DNA from: Eledone cirrhosa
Taxonomy: Eukaryota
NCBI GenBank assembly: GCA_964016885.1
Contig: OZ024740.1
Location: 8,928,001-8,992,000, forward strand
Reading direction: 5' to 3'
DNA: 64,000 nt
The position numbers and the translations under genes are program-made. This document shows positions 13,923 to 28,900 of the stretch, piece after piece. Numbering within the stretch: the stretch's first letter is position 1; each line of letters opens with the position of its first letter. The notes below the pieces were generated by a model. That model worked only from the letters and a program-made list of their open reading frames with translations. It searched no databases and had not been told where the DNA came from.

Positions 13923-14511
13923 TCACACGCTTACACCTCTCCAAGAAAATGTTACTGGACCGAGACCTTTGGCGGTACTCAGTAATAGAGAAGACCCGCC
14001 TTACCTAAATACAAAGTAAAAACCTACTACAGTTAGTAGGCATCTCTATCAAAACACACCCCCGTCCCACCACCTCCACCCCACCCACACCGCCCCTTTC
14101 AATGTAAAGTTATGTTGGTCCCACAACATCCAGGCCGAAACAAATGAGATCGTGTAGGTGTCACGACAAAAAACACACAGTCCACGCTGTAAATGTGGCC
14201 GTGTAGGCAACACGGTAAAAACCTCCCAGCCCCACACTGTAAATGTGGTTGGTGTTAGGAAGGGCATCCAGCTGTAGAAAACCCGCCAGACAGTCCACGC
14301 TGTAATGTGGCCGTGTAGGCAACACGGTAAAAACCTCCCAGCCCCACACTGTAAATGTGGTTGGTGTTAGGAAGGGCATCAAACTGTAGAAAACCCGCCA
14401 GACAGTCCTATGCGAGCAAGACAACCAATCTTGCCTCAAGTGGGAAAACCCCCGTCCAAACCCATGCAAGCGTGGAACACGGACGCTAAACCTGATGATG
14501 ATGATGATGAT
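13923..14511 (+). mobile_element. Heavily 5'-truncated RTE family A copy (A2, ~0.59 kb)
   Basis: Aligns to ~5501-6095 with scattered substitutions. It has TCA microhomology at the 5' junction and a (GAT)n tail at 14493-14511. Confidence 0.94.
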
Positions 14512-15789
14512 GGCATTGGTATATCAGCTTCGATTGGTATGTCAGTTTCGTTTGGTATATCAGTTTCGATTGGTATGTCAGTTTCTATTGGTATATCAGT
14601 TGCGATTGGTACGTGAGTTTCGATTATTATATCAGTTACTATTGGTATGTCAGTTTCGCTTGGTATGTCAGTTTCGATTGTTATGTCAGTGTCTATTGGT
14701 ATATCAGTTTCGATTGGTATGTCAGTTTCGATTAGTATATCAGTTTCTATTGGTATATCAGTTTCGATTGGTATATCAGTTTCGATTGGAATGTTAGGTT
14801 CTATTGGTATGTCAGTTTTGATTAGTATATCAGTATCTATTGGTATATCAGTTTCGATTGGTATATCAGTTTCGAATGGTATTTCAATTTCGATTGGTAT
14901 GTCAGTTTCGATTGGTATATCAGTTTCGATTAGTGTGTCAGTTTCTATTGGTATATCAGTTTCGATTGGTATATCAGTTTCTATTGGTATGTCATTGGTA
15001 TATCAGTTTCAATTGGTATGTCAGTTTCTATTGGTATATCAGTTTAGATTGGTATATCAGTTTCGATTGGTATATCAGTTTCTATTGTTATATCAGTTTC
15101 TATTTGTATGTCCGTTTCGATTGGTATGTCAGTTTCTATAGGTATATCAGTTTCGATTGGTATGTTAGGTTCTATTGGTATGTCAGTTTTGATTAGTATA
15201 TCAGTATCTATTGGTATGTCAGTTTTGATTGGTATGTTCGTCCTCGAGTTGTATTTCAGTTTCTATTGGTATATCAGTTTCGATTGGTATTTCAGTTTCT
15301 ATTGGTATGTCAGTTTCTATTAATATATCAGTTTCTATTGATATGTCAGTCTCTATTGGTATATCAGTTTCGATTGGTATGTCAGTTTCGATTGGTATAT
15401 CAGTTTCTATTGGTATATCAGTTTTGATTGCTATGTCAGTTTCGATTGCTATGTCAGTCTCTATTGGTTTATCAGTTTCAATTGGTATATCAGTTTCTAT
15501 TGGTCTGTTAGTTTCTATTGGTATGTCAGTTTCGATTAGTATATCAGTTTCTATTGGTATATCAGTTACTATTTGTATGTCAGTTTCTATTGGTATATCA
15601 GTTTCGATTGGTATATCAGTTTCGATTGGTATATCAGTTTCAATTGGTACGTCATTTTTGATTGGTATATCAGTTTCTATTGGTATATCAGTTTCGATTG
15701 GTATGTCAATTTCGATTGGTATGTCAGTTTCTATTGGTACGTCAGTTTCGATTAGTATATCAGTTTCTATTGGTATGTCAGTTTCTATT

Positions 15790-18700
15790 GGTATGTCATT
15801 TTCGATTAGTATATCAGTTTCTATTGGTATGTCAGTTTCGATTGCTATGTCAGTTTCGATTGCTATGTCAGTTTCGATTGGTATGTTAGTTTCTATTGCT
15901 ATGTCAGTTTCGATTAGTATATCAGTTTCTATTGGTATGTCTGTTTCGATTGGTATGTTAGTCTTTAAATGGTATGTCAGTTTCAATTAGTATATCAGTT
16001 TCTATTGGTATGTCAGTTTCTATTGGTATGTCAGTTTTTATTGCTATATCAGTTCCTATAGATATGTCAGTTTCTATTGGTATATCAGTTTCTATTGGTA
16101 TATCAGTTTCGATTGGTATGTCAATTTCGATTGGTATGTCAGTTTCTATTGGTACGTCAGTTTCGATTAGTATATCAGTTTCTATTGGTATGTCAGTTTC
16201 TATTGGTATGTCATTTTCGATTAGTATATCAGTTTCTATTGGTATGTCAGTTTCGATTGCTATGTCAGTTTCGATTGCTATGTCAGTTTCGATTGGTATA
16301 TCAGTTTTTATTGCTATATCAGTTCCTATAGATGTGTCAGTTTCTATTGGTATATCAGTTTTGATTGGTATGTTAGTTTCTATTGGTATATCAGTTTCTA
16401 TTGGTATGTCAGTTGCTATTGTTATATCAGTTTCGATTGGTATATCAGTATCGACTGGTATATCACTTTCTATTGATATATCAGTTTCTATTGGTATGTC
16501 AGTTTCAATTGGTATGTCAGTTTCGATTGGTATATCAGTTTAGAGTGGTATTTCAATCTCGATTAGTATGTCAGTTTCGATTGGCATGTTAGTCCTTGAT
16601 TTGTATATAACTTTCTATTGTTATATCAGTTTCAATTAGTATATCAGTTTCTATTGGTATGTCAGTTTCTATTGGTATATCAGTTTTGATTGGCATATCA
16701 GTTTCAATTGGTATGTCAGTATCAATTAGTATATCAGTTTCTATTGGTATGTCAGTTTCGATTGGTATATCAGTTTCGAATGGTATTTCAATCTCGATTG
16801 GTATGTCAGTTTCGATTGGTATATCAGTTACAATTGGGAATATCAGTTTCAATTGGTATGTTAGTTTCTATTGGTATGTCAGTATCTATTAGTATATCAG
16901 CTTCTATTGGTATGTCAGTTTCGATTGGTAGGTTAGTCCTCGATTTGTATGTCACTTTCTATTGGTATATCAGTTTCGATTGGTATGTCAGTTTCAATTA
17001 GTATATCAGTTTCTATTGGTATGTCAGTTTCTATTGCTATATCAGTTTCTATTGGTGTATCAGTTTCGATTGGTATGTCAGTTTCTATTGGTATGTCAAT
17101 TTCAATTGGTATGTCAGTTTCGATTGGTATATCAGTTTCGAATGGTATTTCAATCTCGATTGGTATGTCAGTTTCGATTAGTATGTCAGTTTCTATTGGT
17201 ATATCAGTTTGTTTGGTATATCAGTTTCTATTGGTATGTCATTGGTATATCAGTTTCGATTGGTATGTCAGTCTCTATTGGTATATCAGCTTCGATTGGT
17301 ATGTCAGTTTCGATTGGTATATCAGTTTCGATTGGTATCTCAGTTTCGATTGGCATGTTAGTTTCTATTGGTATGTCAGTTTCGATTAGTATAACAGTTT
17401 CTATTGGTATGTCAGTTTCTATTGCTATATCAGTTTCTATTTGTATATCAGTTTTGATTGGTATGTCAGTTTCGATTGGTATGTCAATTTCGATTGGTAT
17501 ATCCGTTTTGATTGGTATATCAGATTCTATTGCTATATCAGTTTCTATTTGTATATCAGTTTCGATTGGTATGTCAGTTTCTATTGTTATGTCAGTTTCG
17601 ATTATTATATCAGTTACTATTTGTATGTCAGTTTCGATTGGTATGTCAGATTCAATTTTTCTTTCAGTTTCGATTGGTATATCAGTTTCGATTGGTATAT
17701 CAGTTTTCGATTGGTATGTTAGTTTCTATTGGTATGTCAGTTTCGATTAGTATATCAGTTTCTATTGGTATGTCAGTTCCGATTGGTATGTTAGTCCTCT
17801 ATTTTTATGTCTGTTTCTATTGGTATATCAGTTTCGATTGGTATGTCAGTTTCGATTAGTATATCTGTTGCTAATGGTATGTCAGTTTCTATTGGTATAT
17901 CAGTTTCGATTGGTATATCAGTTTCGATTGGTATGTCAGTTTCTATTGGTATGTCAATTTTGATTAGTATATGAGTTTCTATTGGTATGTCAGTTTCGAT
18001 TGGTATATCAGTTTCGAATGGTATGTCAGTTTCTATTGGTATGTCAGTTTCGATTGGTATATCAGTTTCGATTGGTATATCAGTTTCTATTGCTATATCA
18101 GTTTCTATTGGTATATCAGTTTCGATTGGTATGTCAGTTTCTATTGGTATGTGAGTTTCGATTATTATATCAGTTACTATTGGTATGTCATTTTCGATTA
18201 GTATATCAGTTTCTATTGGTATGTCAGTTTCGATTGCTATGTCAGTTTCGATTGCTATGTCAGTTTCGATTGGTATGTTAGTTTCTATTGCTATGTCAGT
18301 TTCGATTAGTATATCAGTTTCTATTGGTATGTCTGTTTCGATTGGTATGTTAGTCTTTAAATGGTATGTCAGTTTCAATTAGTATATCAGTTTCTATTGG
18401 TATGTCAGTTTCTATTGGTATGTCAGTTTTTATTGCTATATCAGTTCCTATAGATATGTCAGTTTCTATTGGTATATCAGTTTCTATTGGTATATCAGTT
18501 TCGATTGGTATGTCAATTTCGATTGGTATGTCAGTTTCTATTGGTACGTCAGTTTCGATTAGTATATCAGTTTCTATTGGTATGTCAGTTTCTATTGGTA
18601 TGTCATTTTCGATTAGTATATCAGTTTCTATTGGTATGTCAGTTTCGATTGCTATGTCAGTTTCGATTGCTATGTCAGTTTCGATTGGTATATCAGTTTT

Positions 18701-20580
18701 TATTGCTATATCAGTTCCTATAGATGTGTCAGTTTCTATTGGTATATCAGTTTTGATTGGTATGTTAGTTTCTATTGGTATATCAGTTTCTATTGGTATG
18801 TCAGTTGCTATTGTTATATCAGTTTCGATTGGTATATCAGTATCGACTGGTATATCACTTTCTATTGATATATCAGTTTCTATTGGTATGTCAGTTTCAA
18901 TTGGTATGTCAGTTTCGATTGGTATATCAGTTTAGAGTGGTATTTCAATCTCGATTAGTATGTCAGTTTCGATTGGCATGTTAGTCCTTGATTTGTATAT
19001 AACTTTCTATTGTTATATCAGTTTCAATTAGTATATCAGTTTCTATTGGTATGTCAGTTTCTATTGGTATATCAGTTTTGATTGGCATATCAGTTTCAAT
19101 TGGTATGTCAGTATCAATTAGTATATCAGTTTCTATTGGTATGTCAGTTTCGATTGGTATATCAGTTTCGAATGGTATTTCAATCTCGATTGGTATGTCA
19201 GTTTCGATTGGTATATCAGTTACAATTGGGAATATCAGTTTCAATTGGTATGTTAGTTTCTATTGGTATGTCAGTATCTATTAGTATATCAGCTTCTATT
19301 GGTATGTCAGTTTCGATTGGTAGGTTAGTCCTCGATTTGTATGTCACTTTCTATTGGTATATCAGTTTCGATTGGTATGTCAGTTTCAATTAGTATATCA
19401 GTTTCTATTGGTATGTCAGTTTCTATTGCTATATCAGTTTCTATTGGTGTATCAGTTTCGATTGGTATGTCAGTTTCTATTGGTATGTCAATTTCAATTG
19501 GTATGTCAGTTTCGATTGGTATATCAGTTTCGAATGGTATTTCAATCTCGATTGGTATGTCAGTTTCGATTAGTATGTCAGTTTCTATTGGTATATCAGT
19601 TTGTTTGGTATATCAGTTTCTATTGGTATGTCATTGGTATATCAGTTTCGATTGGTATGTCAGTCTCTATTGGTATATCAGCTTCGATTGGTATGTCAGT
19701 TTCGATTGGTATATCAGTTTCGATTGGTATCTCAGTTTCGATTGGCATGTTAGTTTCTATTGGTATGTCAGTTTCGATTAGTATAACAGTTTCTATTGGT
19801 ATGTCAGTTTCTATTGCTATATCAGTTTCTATTTGTATATCAGTTTTGATTGGTATGTCAGTTTCGATTGGTATGTCAATTTCGATTGGTATATCCGTTT
19901 TGATTGGTATATCAGATTCTATTGCTATATCAGTTTCTATTTGTATATCAGTTTCGATTGGTATGTCAGTTTCTATTGTTATGTCAGTTTCGATTATTAT
20001 ATCAGTTACTATTTGTATGTCAGTTTCGATTGGTATGTCAGATTCAATTTTTCTTTCAGTTTCGATTGGTATATCAGTTTCGATTGGTATATCAGTTTTC
20101 GATTGGTATGTTAGTTTCTATTGGTATGTCAGTTTCGCTTAGTATATCAGTTTCTATTGGTATGTCAGTTCCGATTGGTATGTTAGTCCTCTATTTTTAT
20201 GTCTGTTTCTATTGGTATATCAGTTTCGATTGGTATGTCAGTTTCGATTAGTATATCTGTTGCTAATGGTATGTCAGTTTCTATTGGTATATCAGTTTCG
20301 ATTGGTATATCAGTTTCGATTGGTATGTCAGTTTCTATTGGTATGTCAATTTTGATTAGTATATGAGTTTCTATTGGTATGTCAGTTTCGATTGGTATAT
20401 CAGTTTCGAATGGTATGTCAGTTTCTATTGGTATGTCAGTTTCGATTGGTATATCAGTTTCGATTGGTATATCAGTTTCTATTGCTATATCAGTTTCTAT
20501 TGGTATATCAGTTTCGATTGGTATGTCAGTTTCTATTGGTATGTGAGTTTCGATTATTATATCAGTTACTATTGGTATGT
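15790..20580 (+). repeat. Higher-order tandem duplication, 2392-bp period, 2 copies (ends approximate)
   Basis: Matching ORFs offset by 2392: 15974/18366, 16589/18981, 16962/19354, 17971/20363. Confidence 0.88.
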
Positions 20581-23500
20581 CAGTTTCGATTGGTATGTCA
20601 GTTACGATTGTTATGTCAGTGTCTATTGGTATATCAGTTAAGATTGGTATATCAGTTTCGATCGGTATGTCAGTTTCTATTGTTATATCAGTTTCTATTT
20701 GTATGACCGTTTTGATTGGTATGTCAGTTTCTATAGGTATATCAGTTTCGATTGGTATGTTAGGTTCTATTGGTATGTCAGTTTAGATTAGTATATCAGT
20801 ATCTATTGGTATGTTAGTTTTGATTGGTATGTTCGTCCTCGAGTTGTATTTCAGTTTCTATTGGTATATCAGTTTCGATTGGTATGTCAGTTTCTATTGG
20901 TATGTCAGTTTCTATTAGTATATCAGTTTCTATTGATATGTCAGTCTCTATTGGTATATCAGTTTCGATTGGTATGTCAGTTTCGATTGGTATATCAGTT
21001 TCGATTGGTACGTCAGTTTCGATTGGTATATCAGTTTCTATTGGTATATCAGTTTCGATTGCTACGTCAGTTTCGATTGCTATGTCAGTCTCTATTGGTT
21101 TATCAGTTTCAATTGGTATATCAGTTTCTATTGGTCTGTTAGTTTCTATTTGTATATCAGTTTCGATTAGTATATCAGTTTCTATTGGTATATCAGTTTC
21201 GATTGATATGTCAGTTTCGATTAGTATATCAGTTACTATTTGTATGTCAGTTTCTATTTGTATATCAGTTTAGATTGTTATATCAGTTTCGATTGGTATA
21301 TCAGTTTCAATTGGTATGTCATTTTTGATTGGTATATCAGTTTCTATTGGTATATCAGTTTCGATTGGTATGTCAATTTCGATTGGTATATCAGTTTCTA
21401 TTGGTACGTCAGTTTCGATTAGTATATCAGTTTCTATTGGTATGTCAGTTTCTATTGGTATGTCATTTTCGATTAGTATATCAGTTTCGATTGCTATGTC
21501 AGTTTCGATTGGTATGTTAGTTTCTATTGGTATGTCAGTTTCGATTAGTATATCAGTTTCTATTGGTATATCAGTTTCGATTGGTATGTCAGTTTCTATT
21601 GGTATATCAGTCACAATTGGGAATATCAGTTTCAATTGGTATGTTAGTTTCTATTGGTATGTCAGTTTCTATTAGTATATCAGTTTCTATTGGTATGTCA
21701 GTTTCGATTGGTATGTTAGTCCTCGATTTGTATGTCACTTTCTATTGGTATATCAGTTTCGATTGGTACGTCAGTTTCAATTAGTATATCAGTTTCTATT
21801 GGTATGTCAGTTTCTATTGGTATATAAGTTTCGATTGGAATATCAGTTGCGATTGGTATGTCAGTTTCTATTGGTATGTCAGTTTCGATTGGTATATCAG
21901 TTTCGATTGGTATATCAGTTTCTATTGCTATATCAGTTTCTATTGGTATATCAGTTTCGATTGGAATATCAGTTTCTATTGGTCTGTTAGTTTCTATTGG
22001 TATATCAGTTTCGATTAGTATATCAGTTTCTATTGGTATGTCATTTTTGATTGGTATATCAGTTTCTATTGGTATATCAGTTTCGATTGGTATGTCAATT
22101 TCGATTGGTATATCAGTTTCTATTGGTACGTCAGTTTCGATTAGTATATCAGTTTCTATTGGTATGTCAGTTTCTATTGGTATGTTAGTTTCTATTGCTA
22201 TGTCAGTTTCGATTAGTATATCAGTTTCTATTGGTATGTCTGTTTCGATTGGTATGTTAGTCTTCGATTGGTATCACAGTTTCAATTAGTATATCAGTTT
22301 CTATTGGTATGTCAGTTTCTATTGGTATATCAGTTTTGATTGGCATATCAGTATCGATTGGTATGTCAGTTTCGATTGGTATGTCAGTTTTCGATTCGTA
22401 TATCAGTTTCGATTTGTATATCAGTTTCGATTGGTATATCAGTTTTTATTGCTATATCAGGTCCTATAGATATGTCAGTTTCTATTGGTATATCAGTTTC
22501 GATTGGTATGTCAGTTTCTATTGGTATATCAGTTTCTATTGGTATGTCAGTTGCTATTGTTATATCAGTTTCGATTGGTATATCAGTTTCGATTGGTATC
22601 TCAATTTCGATTGTTATGTCAGTTTCGATTGGTATATCAGATTCGACTGGAATATCACTTTCTATTGATATATCAGTTTCTATTGGTATGTCAGTTTCAA
22701 TTGGTATGTCAGTTTCGATTGGTATATCAGTTTAGAGTGGTATTTCAATCTCGACTGGTATGTCCGTTTCGATTGGCATGTTAGTCCTTGATTTGTATGT
22801 TAGTTTCTATTGGTATATCAGTTTTGATTGGCATATCAGTTTCAATTGGTATGTCAGTTTCAATTAGTATATCAGTTTCTATTGGTATGTCAGTTTCGAT
22901 TGGTATATCAGTTTCGAATGGTATTTCAATCTCGATTGGTATGTCAGTTTCGATTGGTATATCAGTCACAATTGGGAATATCAGTTTCAATTGGTATGTT
23001 AGTTTCTATTGGTATGTCAGTTTCTATTAGTATATCAGCTTCTATTGGTATGTCAGTTTCGATTGGTATGTTAGTCCTCGATTTGTATGTCACTTTCTAT
23101 TGGTATATCAGTTTCGATTGGTACGTCAGTTTCAATTAGTATATCAGTTTCTATTGGTATGTCAGTTTCTATTGGTATATCAGTTTCGATTGGAATATCA
23201 GTTTCGATTGGTATGTCAGTTTCTATTGGTATGTCAGTTTCGATTGGTATATCAGTTTCGATTGGTATATCAGTTTCTATTGCTATATCAGTTTCTATTG
23301 GTATATCAGTTTAGATTGGTATGTCAGTTTCGATTGGTATATCAGTTTCGATTGGTACGTCAGTTTCGATTGGTATATCAGTTTCTATTGGTATATCAGT
23401 TTCGATTGCTATGTCAGTTTCGATTGCTATGTCAGTCTCTATTGGTTTATCAGTTTCAATTGGTATATCAGTTTCTATTGGTCTGTTAGTTTCTATTGGT

Positions 23501-25959
23501 ATGTCAGTTTCGATTAGTATATCAGTTTCTATTGGTATATCAGTTTCGATTGGTATGTCAGTTTCGATTGGTATATCAGTCACAATTGGGAATATCAGTT
23601 TCAATTGGTATGTTAGTTTCTATTGGTATGTCAGTTTCTATTTGTATATCAGCTTCTTTTGGTATGTCAGTTTCGATTGGTATGTTAGTCCTCGATTTGT
23701 ATGTCACATTCTATTGGTATATCAGTTTCGATTGGTACGTCAGTTTCAATTAGTATATCAGTTTCTACTGGTATGTCAGTTTCTATTGGTATTTCAGTTT
23801 CGATTGGAATATCAGTTTCGATTGGTATGTCAGTTTCTATTGGTATGTCAGTTGCGATTGGTATATCAGTTTCGATTGGTATATCAGTTTCTATTGCTAT
23901 ATCAGTTTCTATTGGTATATCAGTTTCGATTGGTATGTCAGTTTCGATTGGTATATCAGTTTCGATTGGTACGTCAGTTTCGATTGGTATATCAGTTTCT
24001 ATTGGTATATCAGTTTCGATTGCTATGTCAGTTTCGATTGCTATGTCAGTCTCTATTGGTTTATCAGTTTCAATTGGTATATCAGTTTCTATTGGTCTGT
24101 TAGTTTCGATTGGTATGTCAGTTTCGATTAGTATATCAGTTACTATTTGTATGTCAGTTTCTATTGGTATATCAGTTTCGATTGGTATATCAGTTTCGAT
24201 TGGTATATCAGTTTCAATTGGTATGTCATTTTTGATTGGTATATCAGTTTTTATTGGTATATCAGTTTCGATTGGTATGTCAATTTCGATTGGTATGTCA
24301 GTTTCTATTGGTACGTCAGTTTCGATTAGTATATCAGTTTCTATTGGTATGTCAGTTTCTATTGGTATGTCATTTTCGATTAGTATATCAGTTTCGATTG
24401 CTATGTCAGTTTCGATTGGTATGTTAGTTTCTATTGCTATGTCAGTTTCGATTAGTATATCAGTTTCTATTGGTATGTCAGTTTCTATTGGTATATCAGT
24501 TTTGATTGGCATATCAGTTTCGATTGGTATGTCAGTTTCGATTGGTATGTCAGTTTTTGATTCGTATATCAGTTTCGATTTGTATATCAGTTTCGATTGG
24601 TATATCAGTTTCGATTGGTATATCAGTTTTTATTGCTATATCAGTTCCTATAGATATGTCAGTTTCTATTGGTATATCAGTTTCTATTGTTATGTCAGTT
24701 TCGATTGGTATATAAGATTCGACTGGTATATCACTTTCTATTGATATATCAGTTTCTATTGGTATGTCAGTTTCAATTGGTATGTCAGTTTCGATTGGTA
24801 TATCAGTTTAGAGTGGTATTTCAATCTCGATTGGTATGTCAGTTTCGATTGGCATGTTAGTCCTTGATTTGTATGTTAGTTTCTATTGGTATATCAGTTT
24901 TGATTGATATGTCAGTTTCAATTAGTATATCAGTTTCTATTGGTATGTCAGTTTCTATTGGTATATCTGTTTCGATTGGCATATCAGTTTCAATTGGTAT
25001 GTCAGTTTCAATTAGTATATCAGTTTCTATTGGTATGTCAGTTTCGATTGGTATATCAGTTTCGATTGGTATATCAGTTACAATTGGGAATATCAGTTTC
25101 AATAGGTATGTTAGTTTCTATTGGTATGTCAGTTTCTATTAGTATATCAGCTTCTATTGGTATGTCAGTTTCGATTGGTATGTTAGTCCTCGATTTGTAT
25201 GTCACTTTCTATTGGTATATCAGTTTCGATTGGTATGTCAGTTTCAATTAGTATATCAGTTTCTATTGGTATGTCAGTTTCTATTGGTATATCAGTTTTG
25301 ATTGGAATGTCAGTTTCGATTGCTATGTCAGTTTCTATTGGTATGTCAGTTTCGATTGGTATATCAGTTTCGATTGGTATATCAGTTTCTATTGCTATAT
25401 CAGTTTCTATTGTTATGTCAGTTTCGATTGGTATGTCAGTGTCTATTGGTATATCAGTTTCGATTGGTATGTCAGTTTCTATTGGTATATCAGTTTTGTT
25501 TGGTATGTCAGTTTCGATTGGTATATCAGTTTCTATTGGTATGTCAATTTCGATTGGTATGTCAGTTTCGATTGGTATATGAGTTTAGAGTGGTATTTCA
25601 ATCTCGATTGGTATGTCAGTTTCGATTGGCATGTTAGTCCTTGATTTGTATGTTAGTTTCTATTGGTATATCAGTTTTGATTGGTGTGTCAGTTTCAATT
25701 AGTATATCTGTTGCTATTGGTATGTCAGTTTCTATTAGAATATCAGTTTCGATTGGTATATCAGTTTCGATTGGTATGTCAGTTTCTATTGGTATGTCAA
25801 TTTTGATTAGTATATGAGTTTCTATTGGTATGTCAGTTTCGATTGGTATATCAGTTTCGAATGGTATGTCAGTTTCTATTGGTATGTCAGTTTCGATTGG
25901 TATATCAGTTTCGATTGGTATATAAGTTTCTATTGGTATGTCATTGGTATATCAGTTTC

Positions 25960-28900
25960 GATTGGTATGTCAGTTTCTATTGGTATATCAGCTTCGATTG
26001 GTATGTCAGTTTCGATTGGTATATCAGTTTCGATTGGTATATCAGTTTCGATTGATATGTTAGTTTCTATTGGTATGTCAGTTTCGATTAGTATATCAGT
26101 TTCTATTGGTATGTCAGTTTTGATTGGTATATCAGTTTCGATTGGTATGTCAGTTTCGATTAGTATATCTGTTGCTAATGGTATGTCAGTTTCTATTGGT
26201 ATATCAGTTTCGATTGGTATATCAGTTTCGATTGGTATGTCAATTTTGATTAGTATATGAGTTTCTATTGGTATGACAGTTTCGATTGGTATATCAGTTT
26301 CGAATGGTATGTCAGTTTCTATTGGTATGTCAGTTTCGATTGGTATATCAGTTTCGATTGGTATATCAGTTTCTATTGCTATATCAGTTTCTATTGGTAT
26401 ATCAGTTTCGATTGGTATATCAGTTTCTATTGGTATATCAGTTGCAATTGGTATGTCAGTTTCTATTGGTATGTGAGTTTCGATTATTATATCAGTTACT
26501 ATTGGTATGTCAGTTTCGATTGGTATGTCAGTTACGATTGTTATGTCAGTGTCTATTGGTATATCAGTTTAGATTGGTATATCAGTTTCGATTGGTATGT
26601 CAGTTTCTATTGTTATATCAGTTTCTATTTGTATGACCGTTTCGATTGGTATGTCAGTTTCTATAGGTATATCAGTTTCGATTGGTATGTTAGGTTCTAT
26701 TGGTATGTCAGTTTAGATTAGTATATCAGTATCTATTGGTATGTTAGTTTTGATTGGTATGTTCGTCCTCGAGTTGTATTTCAGTTTCTATTGGTATATC
26801 AGTTTCGATTGGTATGTCAGTTTCTATTGGTATGTCAGTTTCTATTAGTATATCAGTTTCTATTGATATGTCAGTCTCTATTGGTATATCAGTTTCGATT
26901 GGTATGTCAGTTTCGATTGGTATATCAGTTTCGATTGGTACGTCAGTTTCGATTGGTATATCAGTTTCTATTGGTATATCAGTTTCGATTGCTATGTCAG
27001 TTTCGATTGCTATGTCAGTCTCTATTGGTTTATCAGTTTCAATTGGTATATCAGTTTCTATTGGTCTGTTAGTTTCTATTGGTATGTCAGTTTCGATTAG
27101 TATATCAGTTTCTATTGGTATATCAGTTTCGATTGGTATGTCAGTTTCGATTAGTATATCAGTTACTATTTGTATGTCAGTTTCTATTGGTATATCAGTT
27201 TCGATTGTTATATCAGTTTCGATTGGTATATCAGTTTCAATTGGTATGTCATTTTTGATTGGTATATCAGTTTCTATTGGTATATCAGTTTCGATTGGTA
27301 TGTCAATATCGATTGGTATGTCAGTTTCTATTGGTACGTCAGTTTCGATTAGTATATCAGTTTCTATTGGTATGTCAGTTTCTATTGGTATGTCATTTTC
27401 GATTAGTATATCAGTTTCTATTGCTATGTCAGTTTCGATTAGTATATCAGTTTCTATTGGTATGTCTGTTTCGATTGGTATGTTAGTCTTCGATTGGTAT
27501 GTCAGTTTCAATTAGTATATCAGTTTCTATTGGTATGTCAGTTTCTATTGGTATATCAGTTTTGATTGGCATATCAGTATCGATTGGTATGTCAGTTTCG
27601 ATTGGTATGTCAGTTTTCGATTCGTATATCAGTTTCGATTTGTATATCAGTTTCGATTGGTATATCAGTTTTTATTGCTATATCAGTTCCTATAGATATG
27701 TCAGTTTCTATTGGTATATCAGTTTCGATTGGTATGTCAGTTTCTATTGGTATATCAGTTTCTATTGGTATGTCAGTTGCTATTGTTATATCAGTTTCGA
27801 TTGGTATATCAGTTTCGATTGGTATCTCAATTTCGATTGTTATGTCAGTTTCGATTGGTATATCAGATTCGACTGGTATATCACTTTCTATTGATATATC
27901 AGTTTCTATTGGTATGTCAGTTTCAATTGGTATGTCAGTTTCGATTGGTATATCAGTTTAGAGTGGTATTTCAATCTCGATTGGTATGTCAGTTTCGATT
28001 GGCATGTTAGTCCTTGATTTGTATGTTAGTTTATATTGGTATATCAGTTTTGATTGGTATGTCAGTTTCAATTAGTATATTAGTTTCTATTGGTATGTCA
28101 GTTTCTATTGGTATATCAGTTTCGATTGGCATATCAGTTTCAATTGGTATGTCAGTTTCAATTAGTATATCAGTTTCTATTGGTATGACAGTTTCGATTG
28201 GTATATCAGTTTCGAATGGTATTTCAATCTCGATTGGTATGTCAGTTTCGATTGGTATATCAGTCACAATTGGGAATATCAGTTTCAATTGGTATGTTAG
28301 TTTCTATTGGTATGTCAGTTTCTATTAGTATATCAGCTTCTATTGGTATGTCAGTTTCGATTGGTATGTTAGTCCTCGATTTGTATGTCACTTTCTATTG
28401 GTATATCAGTTTCGATTGGTACGTCAGTTTCAATTAGTATATCAGTTTCTATTGGTCTGTTAGTTTCTATTGGTATGTCAGTTTCGATTAGTATATCAGT
28501 TTCTATTGGTATATCAGTTTCGATTGGTATGTCAGTTTCGATTAGTATATCAGTTACTATTTGTATGTCAGTTTCTATTGGTATATCAGTTTCGATTGGT
28601 ATATCAGTTTCGATTGGTATATCAGTTTCAATTGGTATGTCATTTTTGATTGGTATATCAGTTTCTATTGGTATATCAGTTTCGATTAGTATGTCAATTT
28701 CGATTGGTATGTCAGTTTGTATTGGTACGTCAGTTTCGATTAGTATATCAGTTTCTATTGGTATGTCAGTTTCTATTGGTATGTCATTTTCGATTAGTAT
28801 ATCAGTTTCGATTGCTATGTCAGTTTCGATTGGTATGTTAGTTTCTATTGCTATGTCAGTTTCGATTAGTATATCAGTTTCTATTGGTATGTCAGTTTCT

